Shown: positions 31,840 to 42,680 of the stretch, piece by piece
How positions within the stretch are numbered: position 1 is the stretch's first letter
Layout of the letters: each line of letters begins with the position of its first letter
Source: an uncultured Armatimonadetes bacterium
GTDB taxonomy: Bacteria; Armatimonadota; UBA5829; DTJY01
NCBI GenBank assembly: GCA_963717145.1
Contig: OY970325.1
Coordinates: 4,256,001 to 4,320,000 of the forward strand
Length of the DNA: 64,000 bases
Direction: 5' to 3'
Notes under the pieces: model-generated
Told to the model about the DNA's origin: nothing
What the model saw: only the letters and a program-made list of their open reading frames with translations
Database searches by the model: none
Made by a program: the position numbers and the translations under genes

Positions 31840-32793
31840 ATGAAACGGATTAGCCTATGGATCGTCATATTCCTGCTGGCCGGCTCTCTGCTCTCGTGCA
31901 GTAAGCAGGGGAGCAACGTCCCCGCAGTCGCGTTCGTCACGAACAACGTATCGGACTTCTGGAAGATCGCGAAGGCCGGAGTGAGTGCCGGCGAGAAGGA
32001 CTTCAAGGTGAAGTGCGATTTCCGAATGCCGCCCACAGGCACTCCGGCCGAGCAGAAGCAGATCATCGAGGACCTGATCGTCACCGGCACGACGGGCATT
32101 GCGATCTCCCCGGTAGATCCGGCCAACCAGACCGACATGCTCGACAATGCCGCCGGATCGGTCAATCTGATCTGCATGGACTCCGATGCGCCCAAGTCGA
32201 AGAGGGTCTGTTACGTCGGTACCGACAACTACAAGGCCGGACTCGCCGCCGGCGAGGAGATCAAGAAGGCGCTCCCGAAAGGCGGCAACGTAGTCCTCTT
32301 CGTCGGCACTCTTGACGCCCAGAATGCGACTGACCGCAAGAAGGGGATCGAGGATGCGATCAAGGGATCAAAGGTCCGCGTCGCGGGGACGCTGACCGAT
32401 AAGACCGATCATACGAAGGCCAAGTCGAACGTCGAGGATGCTATGGTGACCTACCCGGACGTCGCGGGGTTCGTAGGGCTGTGGAGCTATAACGGCCCGG
32501 CGATCGTGGAGGCAGTCAAGTCATCAGGGAAGATCGGCAAGATCAAGATCGTCTGCTTCGATGAAGATGTGGCGACTCTCCAAGGCGTCAAGGACGGCAT
32601 CGTATTCTCGACGGTCGTTCAGAAACCGTACCAGTTCGGCTACGAGTCGATGCGGATCCTCGCGGCGCTCGCCCGCAAGGAGGACGCCAAGATTCCGGAG
32701 AGCAAGGTTGTCGACACCGGTGTTCTGGTCGTCAACACCGCGAACGTCGAGTCGTTCTGGGCCGATCTGAAAAAAATGACCGGGCAGAAGTAG
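31840..32793 (+). CDS. Sugar ABC transporter substrate-binding lipoprotein (RbsB-like)
   Basis: Lipobox LLSC, GIAISP, YVGTDN, VQKPYQFG. Confidence 0.9.
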   Translation: MKRISLWIVIFLLAGSLLSCSKQGSNVPAVAFVTNNVSDFWKIAKAGVSAGEKDFKVKCDFRMPPTGTPAEQKQIIEDLIVTGTTGIAISPVDPANQTDMLDNAAGSVNLICMDSDAPKSKRVCYVGTDNYKAGLAAGEEIKKALPKGGNVVLFVGTLDAQNATDRKKGIEDAIKGSKVRVAGTLTDKTDHTKAKSNVEDAMVTYPDVAGFVGLWSYNGPAIVEAVKSSGKIGKIKIVCFDEDVATLQGVKDGIVFSTVVQKPYQFGYESMRILAALARKEDAKIPESKVVDTGVLVVNTANVESFWADLKKMTGQK

Positions 32794-32815
32794 CTTCGCG
32801 CTCCAGGCCAACGTC

Positions 32816-34339
32816 ATGGAAGAAGCCTACACCACAACCTCACATCCGCCGCTGCTCCGGATGGAGGGGATTACCAAGCGCTTCCCCGGGGTCCGGGCGC
32901 TCGACCGCGTCGACCTCGAGCTATATCCGGGCGAGATACTCGGGCTGATCGGAGAGAACGGTGCGGGTAAATCGACGCTCATGCGCATCCTTGCCGGCAT
33001 CTATCCCGCGGATGAGGGCTCGATCCTCTTTGATGGCTGCCCGGTGCGCATCTCGGGCATCCATGACTCCCTCGCGCTCGGAGTCTCGGTCATCCACCAG
33101 GAGCTGAATCTGGCGGACAACCTCGACATCGCGACCAATATCTTCCTCGGACGCGAGATGACCCGCTCGCCGTTCCGAGTCGTGCGCAATCGGACGCTGA
33201 TGGATGAGGCGAAGAGGCTCACCGCGAGCGTCGGCCTCGATGTGCCGGTCACTACGCCGGTCGAGAAGCTCTCACCTGGCGAGCAGCAGCTCGTCGAGAT
33301 CGCAAAGGCACTCTCGATGTCCGCGCGGATCCTGGTGCTCGACGAGCCGACCAGTTCTCTGTCTCCGAACGAGGCGGAGTGCCTCTTCGCAGTCATGGGC
33401 CGGCTCAAGGCGCAGGGCGTCTCGATGATCTACATCTCACACCGGCTCCCTGAGGTCGAGGCGGTATGCGACCGAGTGGTCGTGCTGAGGGACGGCGCCC
33501 GTGTCGGCGAGCTGACTAGCGAGGAGGTATCGAGGGATGCGATGGTCCGCCTGATGGTGGGACGCGACATCTCCCGCTTCTTCCCGGGCGCGGGGAAGTC
33601 GCACGGGGGGCCTGCGCTCACCGTTCGAGGCTTTCGTCCGGCCGATTCGGAAGGCGCTTTCGACTTCGAGGTCCGCCAGGGCGAGATCCTGGGCGTATTC
33701 GGATTGGTGGGATCGGGGCGGACGGAGCTTGCCCGGAGTCTCTTCGGGGTCGAGCCGTCGCTGGGCGGTGAGGTCCTGGTCTTCGGTGAGCCGACGAGCA
33801 TCCGTACGCCGCTCGATGCGATCCATCACGGGATCGGCATGGTGCCCGAGGACCGGAAGTACCTGGGAGTGATCCTGGAGATGTCCGTGAAGGAGAACAT
33901 TTCGCTGCCCGATTTCTGCTCCGGCAGCACGCGGATGGCCCTGCTCGACGAACGCCGGGAGACGCGCATAGCTGAGGAGCAGGCCAAGGCGCTCGACATC
34001 CGCACCCCCGGGCTCGGGCAGATGGTCGAGTTCCTCTCCGGCGGAAACCAGCAGAAGGTGGCGCTGGCGAAATGGCTCGCTATCGAGCCGAAGGTCCTGA
34101 TTCTGGACGAGCCGACGAGAGGGATCGACGTCGGTTCCAAGAGCGAGGTTTACAGCCTGATCCGCAGGCTCGCGGACGAGGGCCTGGCGGTGATCATGAT
34201 CTCCTCCGAGATGGAGGAGATCCTCGGCCTGGGCGACAGGGTGCTCGTCGTCCACGAGGGCAGGCAGAAGGGTATCCTGGAGCACGATGAAGCCGCTGAG
34301 GAGAGCATCATGCGCCTCGCCACGGGGGGAACGATATGA
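32816..34339 (+). CDS. Sugar ABC transporter ATP-binding protein (RbsA-like)
   Basis: GENGAGKST, LSGGNQQK, LDEPTRGIDVG. Confidence 0.95.
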   Translation: MEEAYTTTSHPPLLRMEGITKRFPGVRALDRVDLELYPGEILGLIGENGAGKSTLMRILAGIYPADEGSILFDGCPVRISGIHDSLALGVSVIHQELNLADNLDIATNIFLGREMTRSPFRVVRNRTLMDEAKRLTASVGLDVPVTTPVEKLSPGEQQLVEIAKALSMSARILVLDEPTSSLSPNEAECLFAVMGRLKAQGVSMIYISHRLPEVEAVCDRVVVLRDGARVGELTSEEVSRDAMVRLMVGRDISRFFPGAGKSHGGPALTVRGFRPADSEGAFDFEVRQGEILGVFGLVGSGRTELARSLFGVEPSLGGEVLVFGEPTSIRTPLDAIHHGIGMVPEDRKYLGVILEMSVKENISLPDFCSGSTRMALLDERRETRIAEEQAKALDIRTPGLGQMVEFLSGGNQQKVALAKWLAIEPKVLILDEPTRGIDVGSKSEVYSLIRRLADEGLAVIMISSEMEEILGLGDRVLVVHEGRQKGILEHDEAAEESIMRLATGGTI

Positions 34340-35295
34340 AGAAGATTCTGGGCATGACCCTGCTGCTGGTCGCCCTGTGCATTGCCATCGACCTGGTGAA
34401 CAACCGATTCAGCAGCACGGTGAACTTGCAGAATCTGAGTCGCCAGATCGCGCTCCTCGCGATATTCGCGATCGGTGAGGGCATCGTGATCCTCTCGGGC
34501 GGGATCGATCTGTCGGTCGGCTCCGTGATCGCATTCACGGGTCTATTCGTGGCCTATGCTGTGCAGAGTTACGGCATGTCGCCCTGGGCCGCCAGCGGGA
34601 TCGTTCTCGCCCTCTGCGTGGTGATCGGCCTGGCCCACGGCCTGCTGATCACCAAGGTGAATCTCCAACCGTTCATCGCCACGCTCTGTTCGATGCTGAT
34701 CCTGAGGGGACTGGCGCGCGGTCTGACCAGTGACGGGACGATGGGCTTCGGAAACGAGTCGGTCGCGTTCCGGTCGCTCGGCGATGGGAACTGGCTCGGC
34801 ATACCGGCGCCGGTAGTGATACTCGTAGTAGTGGCGGCAATCGCTCACTTCTTCATGCGGTACACGGTCTACGGCAGATACCTCTATGCGATAGGGCGGA
34901 ACCCGGACGCGGCGCGGTATTCCGGCGTGAGAGTCGATAGGATGCAGACCGGCTCGTATCTGGCCTGCGCGGTCCTCGCGGGGATCGCCGGAATCCTATA
35001 TGCCGGCTACACGAACTCGGTGCAGCCGGCGACCACCGGGCAGGCGTATGAGCTGTATGCGATCGCGGCGGCCGTTCTCGGCGGATGTTCGATGCGAGGC
35101 GGTGAGGGCACCGTGCTCGGCATCATTGTCGGGGCGAGCATCATGCGGGTCATGTACAACGGCATCATTCTGGTCAAGATCTCGACCTATTACGAGTTCG
35201 CCGTCATCGGCCTCGTGATCCTCATAGGCGTCGTCGCCAACGCCTCCGTCAAGCGCCGCGCGGCCCGAGTTGCCAAGCAGCCTGCCAAGACTTGA
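34336..35295 (+). CDS. Sugar ABC transporter permease (RbsC-like)
   Basis: GGIDLSVGS, PFIATL, YELYAIAAAVLGG. Confidence 0.93.
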   Translation: MKKILGMTLLLVALCIAIDLVNNRFSSTVNLQNLSRQIALLAIFAIGEGIVILSGGIDLSVGSVIAFTGLFVAYAVQSYGMSPWAASGIVLALCVVIGLAHGLLITKVNLQPFIATLCSMLILRGLARGLTSDGTMGFGNESVAFRSLGDGNWLGIPAPVVILVVVAAIAHFFMRYTVYGRYLYAIGRNPDAARYSGVRVDRMQTGSYLACAVLAGIAGILYAGYTNSVQPATTGQAYELYAIAAAVLGGCSMRGGEGTVLGIIVGASIMRVMYNGIILVKISTYYEFAVIGLVILIGVVANASVKRRAARVAKQPAKT

Positions 35296-35321
35296 AGCTG
35301 GATGCACTTTGCAGGTCGGCA

Positions 35322-36530
35322 CTACGGTCGGGCGGATGGAGTGGCGCGATCCTGTCCTGCGCCTGCGAAGGCAACCTCGGGGCAATCGGGCGTCAAGTCG
35401 TAGTACGCGATGACGTGATCGAATCTTTCGAGGATGTCCCTGGGAGTCAGTCCGTATTGGCTCAGGGAGTAGGTGTGCTCGCTTCTGTACGTGCGCGACT
35501 TCGCGTGCTCTTCCCTCAGGCACTCCGCGAACGCCGGACTGATCTCGAGGCCGAGGCGCGCATACAGGTCCCTGGCGGTCGCATAAGGGTCGGCTATCAG
35601 ATCGTCATAGCGGACAATCGCATATCGGTTGTCCAGCCAGTATGGAAGGCGTTGCATGGGGTACAGGTACCAGTGTCCCGCCATCTCCAGCACCCTGTCG
35701 CGGAAAGAGCATCCGCGAGGATCATTGTCAAGGAAGCCCCACGTATAGTACATGTAGCTCAACAGGGACGGTATCGCCCGGAACGGGTCACGCACGTTGC
35801 AGATCACCTTCGCGTCCGGAAAGTACTCGTCGATCGCATCGATCCGGGAGGTGAAGGCCGGGTTCTTCGATAAGAAGTGCTTGCTAGCGCCATGGACGTA
35901 GAGGTGCCGCTGAACGCATCGGCGGTAGAACGACATGATCCGGTGCTTGTCCGCCGCAGGTGTCGCGCTGTCGAAATGAACGAGGTGCCAGAGGATCTGT
36001 GGGAACGGAAACAGGTGCAATAGGAATATGCTCGAGAACAGGGGAAGAAGCAGCATCTCGTCTTCCTCGGGCTGAAAAAGGCTGACCTTGTGGATCTTGC
36101 TCCCACTGGCGAATACTCGATCATCGAGGGCGTGGACCAACCTGCGTCCGAAGCCGCCGAACCGCCGATCGACGGCCGCCAACGCCATCAGGAGCTTTCG
36201 CTCCGTGATCGAAGGCGCGAGCAGCATCTCCCACAACTGCATTGTTGTGCAGTTCTCGGTGTCCCGCGACAGCATCCGATGAAGGAAGGTTGTGCCGCTG
36301 CGCGGTACGCCGAGGATGAATATCGGAGTGCGGATTACGATTGCCCGGTATTTCCTGAAGAGTACCTCGTCCAATAGGAACCCAAGCCAATGGCACACTT
36401 GCAGGAAGAGCAAGACGGGGGCGAGGATCGAGAGAATGCCCACTCTCTTGAGTGTAGGCCGGGCAAAGGTGCCTCTGCTGTGAAACAGACTCAGCCACAG
36501 CAATCGAAGGTATTGTCTGAACCCGGACAT
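35322..36530 (-). CDS. Sulfotransferase family protein
   Basis: PIFILGVPRSGTTFLH PAPS-binding loop, LSKNP, VRDP. Confidence 0.85.
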   Translation of the reverse strand: MSGFRQYLRLLWLSLFHSRGTFARPTLKRVGILSILAPVLLFLQVCHWLGFLLDEVLFRKYRAIVIRTPIFILGVPRSGTTFLHRMLSRDTENCTTMQLWEMLLAPSITERKLLMALAAVDRRFGGFGRRLVHALDDRVFASGSKIHKVSLFQPEEDEMLLLPLFSSIFLLHLFPFPQILWHLVHFDSATPAADKHRIMSFYRRCVQRHLYVHGASKHFLSKNPAFTSRIDAIDEYFPDAKVICNVRDPFRAIPSLLSYMYYTWGFLDNDPRGCSFRDRVLEMAGHWYLYPMQRLPYWLDNRYAIVRYDDLIADPYATARDLYARLGLEISPAFAECLREEHAKSRTYRSEHTYSLSQYGLTPRDILERFDHVIAYYDLTPDCPEVAFAGAGQDRATPSARP

Positions 36531-36687
36531 CGCATCCTCTTCGGAGTGAACAGCCACTCCGATTCTAGACTCCCGCTCGACATCCGTCAAGCCCACGTAG
36601 GTTCCGGTCACCACCGACGATGCCGCCGAGAGCATTCGCAGATCTTGAGTCAAGCGGACATGGCGGTCCTGCCAAGTATCCTGATCA

Positions 36688-36716
36688 TTGCCATGCCCGG
36701 CCCATTCCGGTATAAT
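36688..36716 (+). promoter_or_regulatory. Sigma70 promoter of tRNA-Ser
   Basis: TTGCCA-N17-TATAAT. Confidence 0.75.
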
Positions 36717-36736
36717 GACCTCGCTGAGAAGTACAC

Positions 36737-36824
<88 letters not shown>

Positions 36825-36875
36825 TCAGAATTGCCTCATTTCATGAGGGCATTTGGCGTTCTTCGGTGAAGATGG

Positions 36876-37667
36876 CTACTTGGCCTCATAGCTCCTGATG
36901 GTCGCGAGTTCCCTGGGCAGGTGTATCTCGCAAGGCTCCCAGCCGATCCATTCGCCGCTCAGGTATCCGTCGTAGGAGGCTCCATGGAGGAGTTCGACCG
37001 CTCGACGATGGTCGATCATCCCTTCCCCGATCGGCACCAGCTTCATCTTCCCTTCTACGAGCACTCCATCGTGGAAATGGACATGGCGGATCCATGGTCG
37101 GAGCGTGCAGAAGGTATCGTCGATCGTGTGGCCGTGCCGGGCCGGATGCATGATGTCCCAGTTCACCGCGATCGCGTCGTCGTTCACGCGTCTCATGACT
37201 GCGGCCACATCCGCTGGATCACACCAGTGGTCGTGTGTTTCCAGGCAGACGGTCACGCCACGATGCCCTGCATGTTCCGCCACGGCTGCGAGAGACCTGG
37301 CGACGAGTTCGACTGCGTCCTCACGACTCACGCCATCGGGGATCGGCCCGCCGAAAACTCGCAGCCGTGACGATCCGACATCAGCCGCCAGGTCGATGCA
37401 CCTCAGGGTGACGGCGACTTCCTGCTCGGCGGCGCCGGGGTCGGCAAACTTGCGGGAAGTGGCCACACAGCAGATGGCGATACCGCTGTCCTCAGCCTTC
37501 TGCCTGATCGCCGCTCGTTTGGCGGGCGCCGCATCCAGCTCAATCCCGTGCGCGTGCCGGCTTTCGATGCGCGGCTCGATCCCATCGTAGCCATATCGCC
37601 TGGCCGTGGAAAGCATTTGGTCGAAGTCCTGTTCGGGACAGGAGAAACTCATGAAAGCGTATCTCAT
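36876..37667 (-). CDS. Sugar phosphate isomerase/epimerase (TIM barrel)
   Basis: GYDGIE, CLETHD, NWDIMH, HVHFHD, GYLSGE. Confidence 0.85.
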   Translation of the reverse strand: MRYAFMSFSCPEQDFDQMLSTARRYGYDGIEPRIESRHAHGIELDAAPAKRAAIRQKAEDSGIAICCVATSRKFADPGAAEQEVAVTLRCIDLAADVGSSRLRVFGGPIPDGVSREDAVELVARSLAAVAEHAGHRGVTVCLETHDHWCDPADVAAVMRRVNDDAIAVNWDIMHPARHGHTIDDTFCTLRPWIRHVHFHDGVLVEGKMKLVPIGEGMIDHRRAVELLHGASYDGYLSGEWIGWEPCEIHLPRELATIRSYEAK

Positions 37668-37830
37668 GACTACATGATAGCACGATGCGCGGCTGGGGTG
37701 AAAGCTCGGCGACTGCTGGACGTACGATGGGAAGATATCCCGGGGTTCAACTGCCGAAACACCGAGCCCAGGAAGACGACACCACGGTTTCCCAAACTTT
37801 CCTGCACGGCCGAGGCGACATATCACCCCC

Positions 37831-37995
37831 TTAGCAGTACCCGGGGTACTTCTCCTCGACCCACCGGCGAACCACCTGGCCGAACCTTGCCGCCTCCTCG
37901 ATTAGCTCCTTCACTTCTCCGCTGGACACGATTCCCGAGCGCGAGTAGGTCGAGAGGTTGCGGATCTTTCGGCACTGCTGGAAGTACCGAGCTGT
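37831..37995 (-). pseudogene. Possible 3' remnant of a HEPN-like gene
   Basis: YFQQCRKIRNLSTY...EVKELIEEA resembles the C-terminal half of HEPN domains (RNxxxY); no convincing 5' part. Confidence 0.35.
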
Positions 37996-38225
37996 CGAGT
38001 TGACGGCTCCGTCTGTACCCATCCTGGGTTCGATCGCACCCGATCTGGGTTCATTAGTGGCCTTGTTCAAGTATACTTTGTGAAAGCATACTTGAACAAC
38101 CCGGGGGAGGTTCTGAAACTACTGTGACCCATTCACGCGGTTCTGGTACAGATTCGTGGCAGGTCCTGCTGATCTCGGGTGATGACCTGCTGGGGTAGAG
38201 AGTTCAGTCATGGCTACCTGCCGTC

Positions 38226-38243
38226 ATCCCACCCTCTCCGCCA
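38226..38243 (+). repeat. Direct repeat of tRNA-Ser 3' end (attR-like)
   Basis: ATCCCACCCTCTCCGCCA, identical to 36807-36824. Confidence 0.85.
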
Positions 38244-38364
38244 AATCCAACTTCCGATTCTGCCGAAGAGCGGTTTGAGCACGCCTTGGAACCTGGTATA
38301 ACGAATTGGTCAGTCAGCGGCCTGATCCAACAGGCCGCCGAGACCTTAGTAGTGCGGGGTAGTA

Positions 38365-39858
38365 GTGCAACCAACAAATTCCAGACAACCGGAACGACCA
38401 GGGAGGCGTGGAAGCGATTCACAACGAGCCAACGGAAGCCTAAGCAGCGCAGTACCGCGCGGTCCGTGGTGGATCGGATATGTGGTCACGCTTGCCCTCG
38501 AAGCCGTGCTCACGGTTGGTTTGCTCGCATTGTCGCCTCTCTTCCCACTCGCCAGGTTCCCGATACCTTACGTCCTGCTGATCATGCTCGTCGCCTACGT
38601 TTTCGGCGAGGGACCGGCGCTCCTGGCGTTTATCCTGGGCCTCTTTGCCTTCGATTACTATTTTGTTCCTCCTGTCGGCACCTCTTTCCCACACGCAGAG
38701 ACTCCGGAAGGGTGGGCCGCACTCGTCGCTTTCATGCTTGGAACCCTGATAGTCGGGTTCGCAACTGTGCTCATGCGCAGGTCGAGGCAGCGCACGGAGC
38801 AGATGGCTCGGTCGCTGCACCAAAGTGAGTCGGATCTGAACAAGGCTCAGGCCGTCGCGCATGTGGGAAGCTGGCGGCTCGATGTGCGGCGTGACGAACT
38901 GCTTTGGTCTGACGAGGTGTACCGGCTCTTCGGCATTTCCTCGGGGACGTCTCTGACCTATGATGCATTCCTGGCTGCCGTTCACCCGGAGGACCGGGGT
39001 TTCGTCGAAGCCGCCTGGCAGGCGGCTCTCACGGGAAAGCCATACGACGTCGAGCACAGGATCGTCACTCCTGAAGGCGTCAAATGGGTCCGCGAGCGAG
39101 CCGAACTCGAGTTCGACGATCAGGGAGCGCTGCTCGGTGGGTTTGGGACCGTACAGGATATCACGGAGCGCATGGAGGTCCAGCGGCGGGAGCGCGACTT
39201 GGAGGAGCATAAACTGGAATTCTACCAGCGCACACTACAGGCGGCGACCAGCGGCAAGCTCATCGTTACGGATCGTGAGAGGATCGAGCAACTGGCCGGC
39301 CCTGCTTCGGCAAGATGGGAGGTCAGGGAGCCGCGCGACCTCAGCCGAATCAGAAACGAGGCGGCGGACCTGGCCGGAAACCTCGGCATGGATGAGTCGA
39401 GGATCGGGAAGTTCCAGGTGTGCGTCGGGGAGGCTACCACCAACGCTGTCAAGCACGCGGAAGGTGCGATCGCCTCGTTGCACGCCAATCACGACTCGCT
39501 CATCTTCTTTGTGGCCGATACAGGCCCTGGAATCGATGCCGTGATCCTGCCCGATGTTGCTCTGACACCCGGATTCTCCACTGTCGGAACGCTGGGCATG
39601 GGGTACAAGGTCATGCTCTCGTTTGCCGACAAGGTCTATCTAGCCACGGATCCGGACGGCACGGCAGTCGCCATCGAGATGATGTTCCGGGTCCCCGAGT
39701 CGAGTCCACTTCTGTCCGGACTTGCATTCCCGGCGGTCGGATCGGCGAGTGATCGCTATGGCCACCGACCGAGGCGAGTTCATATTGACAGCGGTGGAAC
39801 TCGCCGACAGACTGATCCAAGGAATGGGCTATCTGCATCGAGAAGGGGAAGGCAATGA
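38365..39858 (+). CDS. Membrane sensor (DUF4118-like)-PAS-RsbW-like kinase
   Basis: TM segments with FDYYFVPP, PAS (WSDEVYRLFG, VHPEDR), EATTNAVKH, DTGPG, GMG. Confidence 0.8.
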   Translation: MQPTNSRQPERPGRRGSDSQRANGSLSSAVPRGPWWIGYVVTLALEAVLTVGLLALSPLFPLARFPIPYVLLIMLVAYVFGEGPALLAFILGLFAFDYYFVPPVGTSFPHAETPEGWAALVAFMLGTLIVGFATVLMRRSRQRTEQMARSLHQSESDLNKAQAVAHVGSWRLDVRRDELLWSDEVYRLFGISSGTSLTYDAFLAAVHPEDRGFVEAAWQAALTGKPYDVEHRIVTPEGVKWVRERAELEFDDQGALLGGFGTVQDITERMEVQRRERDLEEHKLEFYQRTLQAATSGKLIVTDRERIEQLAGPASARWEVREPRDLSRIRNEAADLAGNLGMDESRIGKFQVCVGEATTNAVKHAEGAIASLHANHDSLIFFVADTGPGIDAVILPDVALTPGFSTVGTLGMGYKVMLSFADKVYLATDPDGTAVAIEMMFRVPESSPLLSGLAFPAVGSASDRYGHRPRRVHIDSGGTRRQTDPRNGLSASRRGRQ

Positions 39859-40226
39859 CTGCTGAGGGAACATCCGGCGGAGCGCAGGTCGTGAGCGTCT
39901 CCGGCGAGATTGACTACTCGAATCTTGACGGCTTCTCGAAGCCTGTCGATGAGGCGGCGAAGGTTTCGCCCGCCGGTTTCATCATCGATCTCTCAGAGGC
40001 CACCTACCTCGACAGCGGCGGAGTGGCAGTCATCATATCGGCCTATCAGCGCATATGCCCCGAAGGAAGACTCGTGCTGGTGGTCGCAAACGACAACATC
40101 AGGGATCTCCTGGCCCTGATCCACCCGGAGATGCTTCCCAATCTCTTCATCCGCGAAGACCTCACATCGGCAGAGGCAGCCCTAAATGCCGACGACGGAT
40201 CTCCTCGCTCGCGATCCAGTCCTTGA
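39855..40226 (+). CDS. STAS anti-sigma factor antagonist
   Basis: GEIDYSN, DLSEATYLDSGG; overlaps the kinase stop. Confidence 0.88.
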   Translation: MTAEGTSGGAQVVSVSGEIDYSNLDGFSKPVDEAAKVSPAGFIIDLSEATYLDSGGVAVIISAYQRICPEGRLVLVVANDNIRDLLALIHPEMLPNLFIREDLTSAEAALNADDGSPRSRSSP

Positions 40227-40250
40227 CTTTTCGCCGCTTTGTGGTATAAT
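40223..40250 (+). promoter_or_regulatory. Sigma70 promoter
   Basis: TTGACT-N16-TATAAT with TG extension. Confidence 0.7.
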
Positions 40251-40299
40251 GGGGCAAGTCAACAAGCCTCCCCCCACAAACTGTTGCAAAGGCATTAAA

Positions 40300-42564
40300 A
40301 TGAAACCCTACCACGTGCTCTCTGCCCTGTTGTCGGCTGTCGTACTGCTGTCTCTGTGCTCGACCTGCTTTGCGGGTAGCCCCGTTTCCTTTGAAGGGAT
40401 GTCCGTGACCGCGGCGTTTCCGGGAAGGATCTACATTGAGAAGTCTGACCGAAGCCAGGGGATCCGAGTCGATACGCCCGGGATCTTCGCGGAGGGAGCC
40501 GTCGTCAACGTCTCCGGCACGCTGGAGATCGATCCCGTGACGGAGGAGCGATATGTCGCACCGTCGGCCGGGTATCCCCAGGCCACCGGAGCCACGCTCG
40601 TCCTCAAGCCGCTGGGAATCGTCGGCCGCGCATTTGGCGGAGGCGACTCGGCGATCCACGGAGGAATTGCGGGCGACTCGAACCTGAATAACGTCGGCAT
40701 GCTGGTCACAATCTGGGGGCCGGTGTCGGCGTTCGATGACCCGGTGAAACCCGTCAGTTGGTTCAAGATCAGCGATTCCCTGGGGCCGGAGATCAAGGTC
40801 GTCTGTCCGAGCGGCGTCAAGATCGACGTGGAATGGGCATATGTCGTCGTCACCGGGATAGCCTGCGTCGAGAAGGTGGGCGGATCGAACGTCCGGGTGC
40901 TCAAGGTGCGCAAGCCGAGCGATGTCGTCTCACGGCAGTCCTGGTCGGGGAACCGGCTCAAGTCGATGACCCTCGATGAGAAGGTCGGGCAGCTCTTCCA
41001 AGTCCGAGTCGACGGCGACACGCTCGAGGCATCCGAAATCAGCCTGGTCACCGACAAGCATGTCGGCGGCATAGTCTATTTCCAGTATAACGGCAACCTC
41101 AACGATCCCATGCGGTCGGCGCAGATGAGCAACGACCTGCAGGAGTACGCGGTCGGGCCGAGCGGCACGGGAATCCCGCTCCTGATCTCGATGGACCAGG
41201 AAGGCGGCCGAGTCACGAGGATCACCGGCGGCGCCGAGGGGCCGGGCAATATGGGGCTCGGGGCGTCGAGGAATACCGCACTGGCATACTCGATCGGCAG
41301 CATATTCGGTGAGGAGATCAAGGCGGTCGGCGGCAACATGGACCTCGCGCCGGTCCTCGATGTCAACAACAACCCGTCGAACCCGGTCATCGGCGTGCGC
41401 TCGTTCGGGGAGGATCCTGACCTCGCGTCGGAGATGGGACAGTCCTATGTGGAGGGCCTCCACAGCGCGGGCGTGATCGCAACCGGCAAGCATTTTCCGG
41501 GCCACGGCGACACCGCCGTCGACTCGCATTCCGGCCTTCCGATCGTGACCTACGATTTCGCGACCCTCGACAATATACATGGCAAGCCATTCAGGGATGC
41601 GATCGCGAACGGGCTTCAAGCCATCATGACCGCTCACATCGTCGTCACGTGCCTTGATCCCGATCGTCCGGCCACGCTCTCGCCCGCTGTTATGGAAGGC
41701 TACCTCCGCGGCAACCTGGGGTTCAACGGAGTGTGCATGACCGACTCGATGGGCATGGCGGGGATCACCTCGGGGTACGGCATCGGGCAGTCCTCGGTCC
41801 TGGCGATCAAGGCGGGCGTGGATCTCCTGTCCCTGTCGCCCGACCTCAATACCGCGATCGACGCTATCAAGGCGGCAGTCCAGAGTGGCGAGATACCGAT
41901 GTCCCGCCTAAATCAGGCGGTCGAGCGTATTCTCGCCCTGAAGCATCGGAATGGGATCTTCGCCAACCCGTATGTCGATCCGGCCGCCGCGGATGCGATC
42001 GTCGGAAGTACGGCTCACTGGAACGCCGAGTCGGCTGCCGCGCGGTCCGCGGTCACACTCGTCCAGAACACGGGCAGCATCCTGCCGTTGACCCTGACTC
42101 CGAGCCAGAAGATTCTGCTGGTGACCGTCGAGGGAGCTGAGACGACCACCAACGCCTCATCGCGATTCGCCTCATACATCACTGCGAAGCATTCGAACGT
42201 CCAGTCGCTCCCCTTGGTCGTGAACCCGAACTCCTCGCAGAGGACGACCGTCAAGAATGCGGCGGCGTCGGCATACGTGACCATAATCGGCACATCGAGG
42301 GCTCAGCTTTCGTCGAATGTGGGCCAGGCGACGCTGGTGAACGAGCTTCGGGCGCTAGGACGACTGGTGATCGTCGTCGGCCTGAGGGAACCGTATGAAC
42401 TGGCGAGCTTCCCGACGGCAAATGCGTACATTGCGGCGTACAACTACCGGAATTGCGGGTTCCAGGCGGCGGCGGACGTGCTCTTCGGCGATGTGAATCC
42501 ATCGGGCGTGCTCCCGGTCACGGTTCCGGGACTCTATGCGTTCGGCTACGGCCTGAGCTACTGA
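40300..42564 (+). CDS. Secreted GH3 beta-N-acetylhexosaminidase with N-terminal shared domain
   Basis: DQEGGRV, APVLDV, RSFGED, KHFPGHGDTAVDSH (NagZ signature). Confidence 0.9.
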   Translation: MKPYHVLSALLSAVVLLSLCSTCFAGSPVSFEGMSVTAAFPGRIYIEKSDRSQGIRVDTPGIFAEGAVVNVSGTLEIDPVTEERYVAPSAGYPQATGATLVLKPLGIVGRAFGGGDSAIHGGIAGDSNLNNVGMLVTIWGPVSAFDDPVKPVSWFKISDSLGPEIKVVCPSGVKIDVEWAYVVVTGIACVEKVGGSNVRVLKVRKPSDVVSRQSWSGNRLKSMTLDEKVGQLFQVRVDGDTLEASEISLVTDKHVGGIVYFQYNGNLNDPMRSAQMSNDLQEYAVGPSGTGIPLLISMDQEGGRVTRITGGAEGPGNMGLGASRNTALAYSIGSIFGEEIKAVGGNMDLAPVLDVNNNPSNPVIGVRSFGEDPDLASEMGQSYVEGLHSAGVIATGKHFPGHGDTAVDSHSGLPIVTYDFATLDNIHGKPFRDAIANGLQAIMTAHIVVTCLDPDRPATLSPAVMEGYLRGNLGFNGVCMTDSMGMAGITSGYGIGQSSVLAIKAGVDLLSLSPDLNTAIDAIKAAVQSGEIPMSRLNQAVERILALKHRNGIFANPYVDPAAADAIVGSTAHWNAESAAARSAVTLVQNTGSILPLTLTPSQKILLVTVEGAETTTNASSRFASYITAKHSNVQSLPLVVNPNSSQRTTVKNAAASAYVTIIGTSRAQLSSNVGQATLVNELRALGRLVIVVGLREPYELASFPTANAYIAAYNYRNCGFQAAADVLFGDVNPSGVLPVTVPGLYAFGYGLSY

Positions 42565-42569
42565 GGTTT

Positions 42570-42680
42570 GGAATGCGGAGTGGGGATTGCGGAGTATGGG
42601 AGTATGGGAGTATGGGGGTATGGGGGTATGGGGGTATGGGAGTAGGAGTGGGGAGTATGAGTATGAGTATGAGTATGAGA
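42570..42680. repeat. Short tandem repeats (GGGAGTAT octamer, GAGTAT hexamer)
   Basis: Seen directly; similar tracts at ~4813, 47934, 50508, 52955. Confidence 0.85.
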
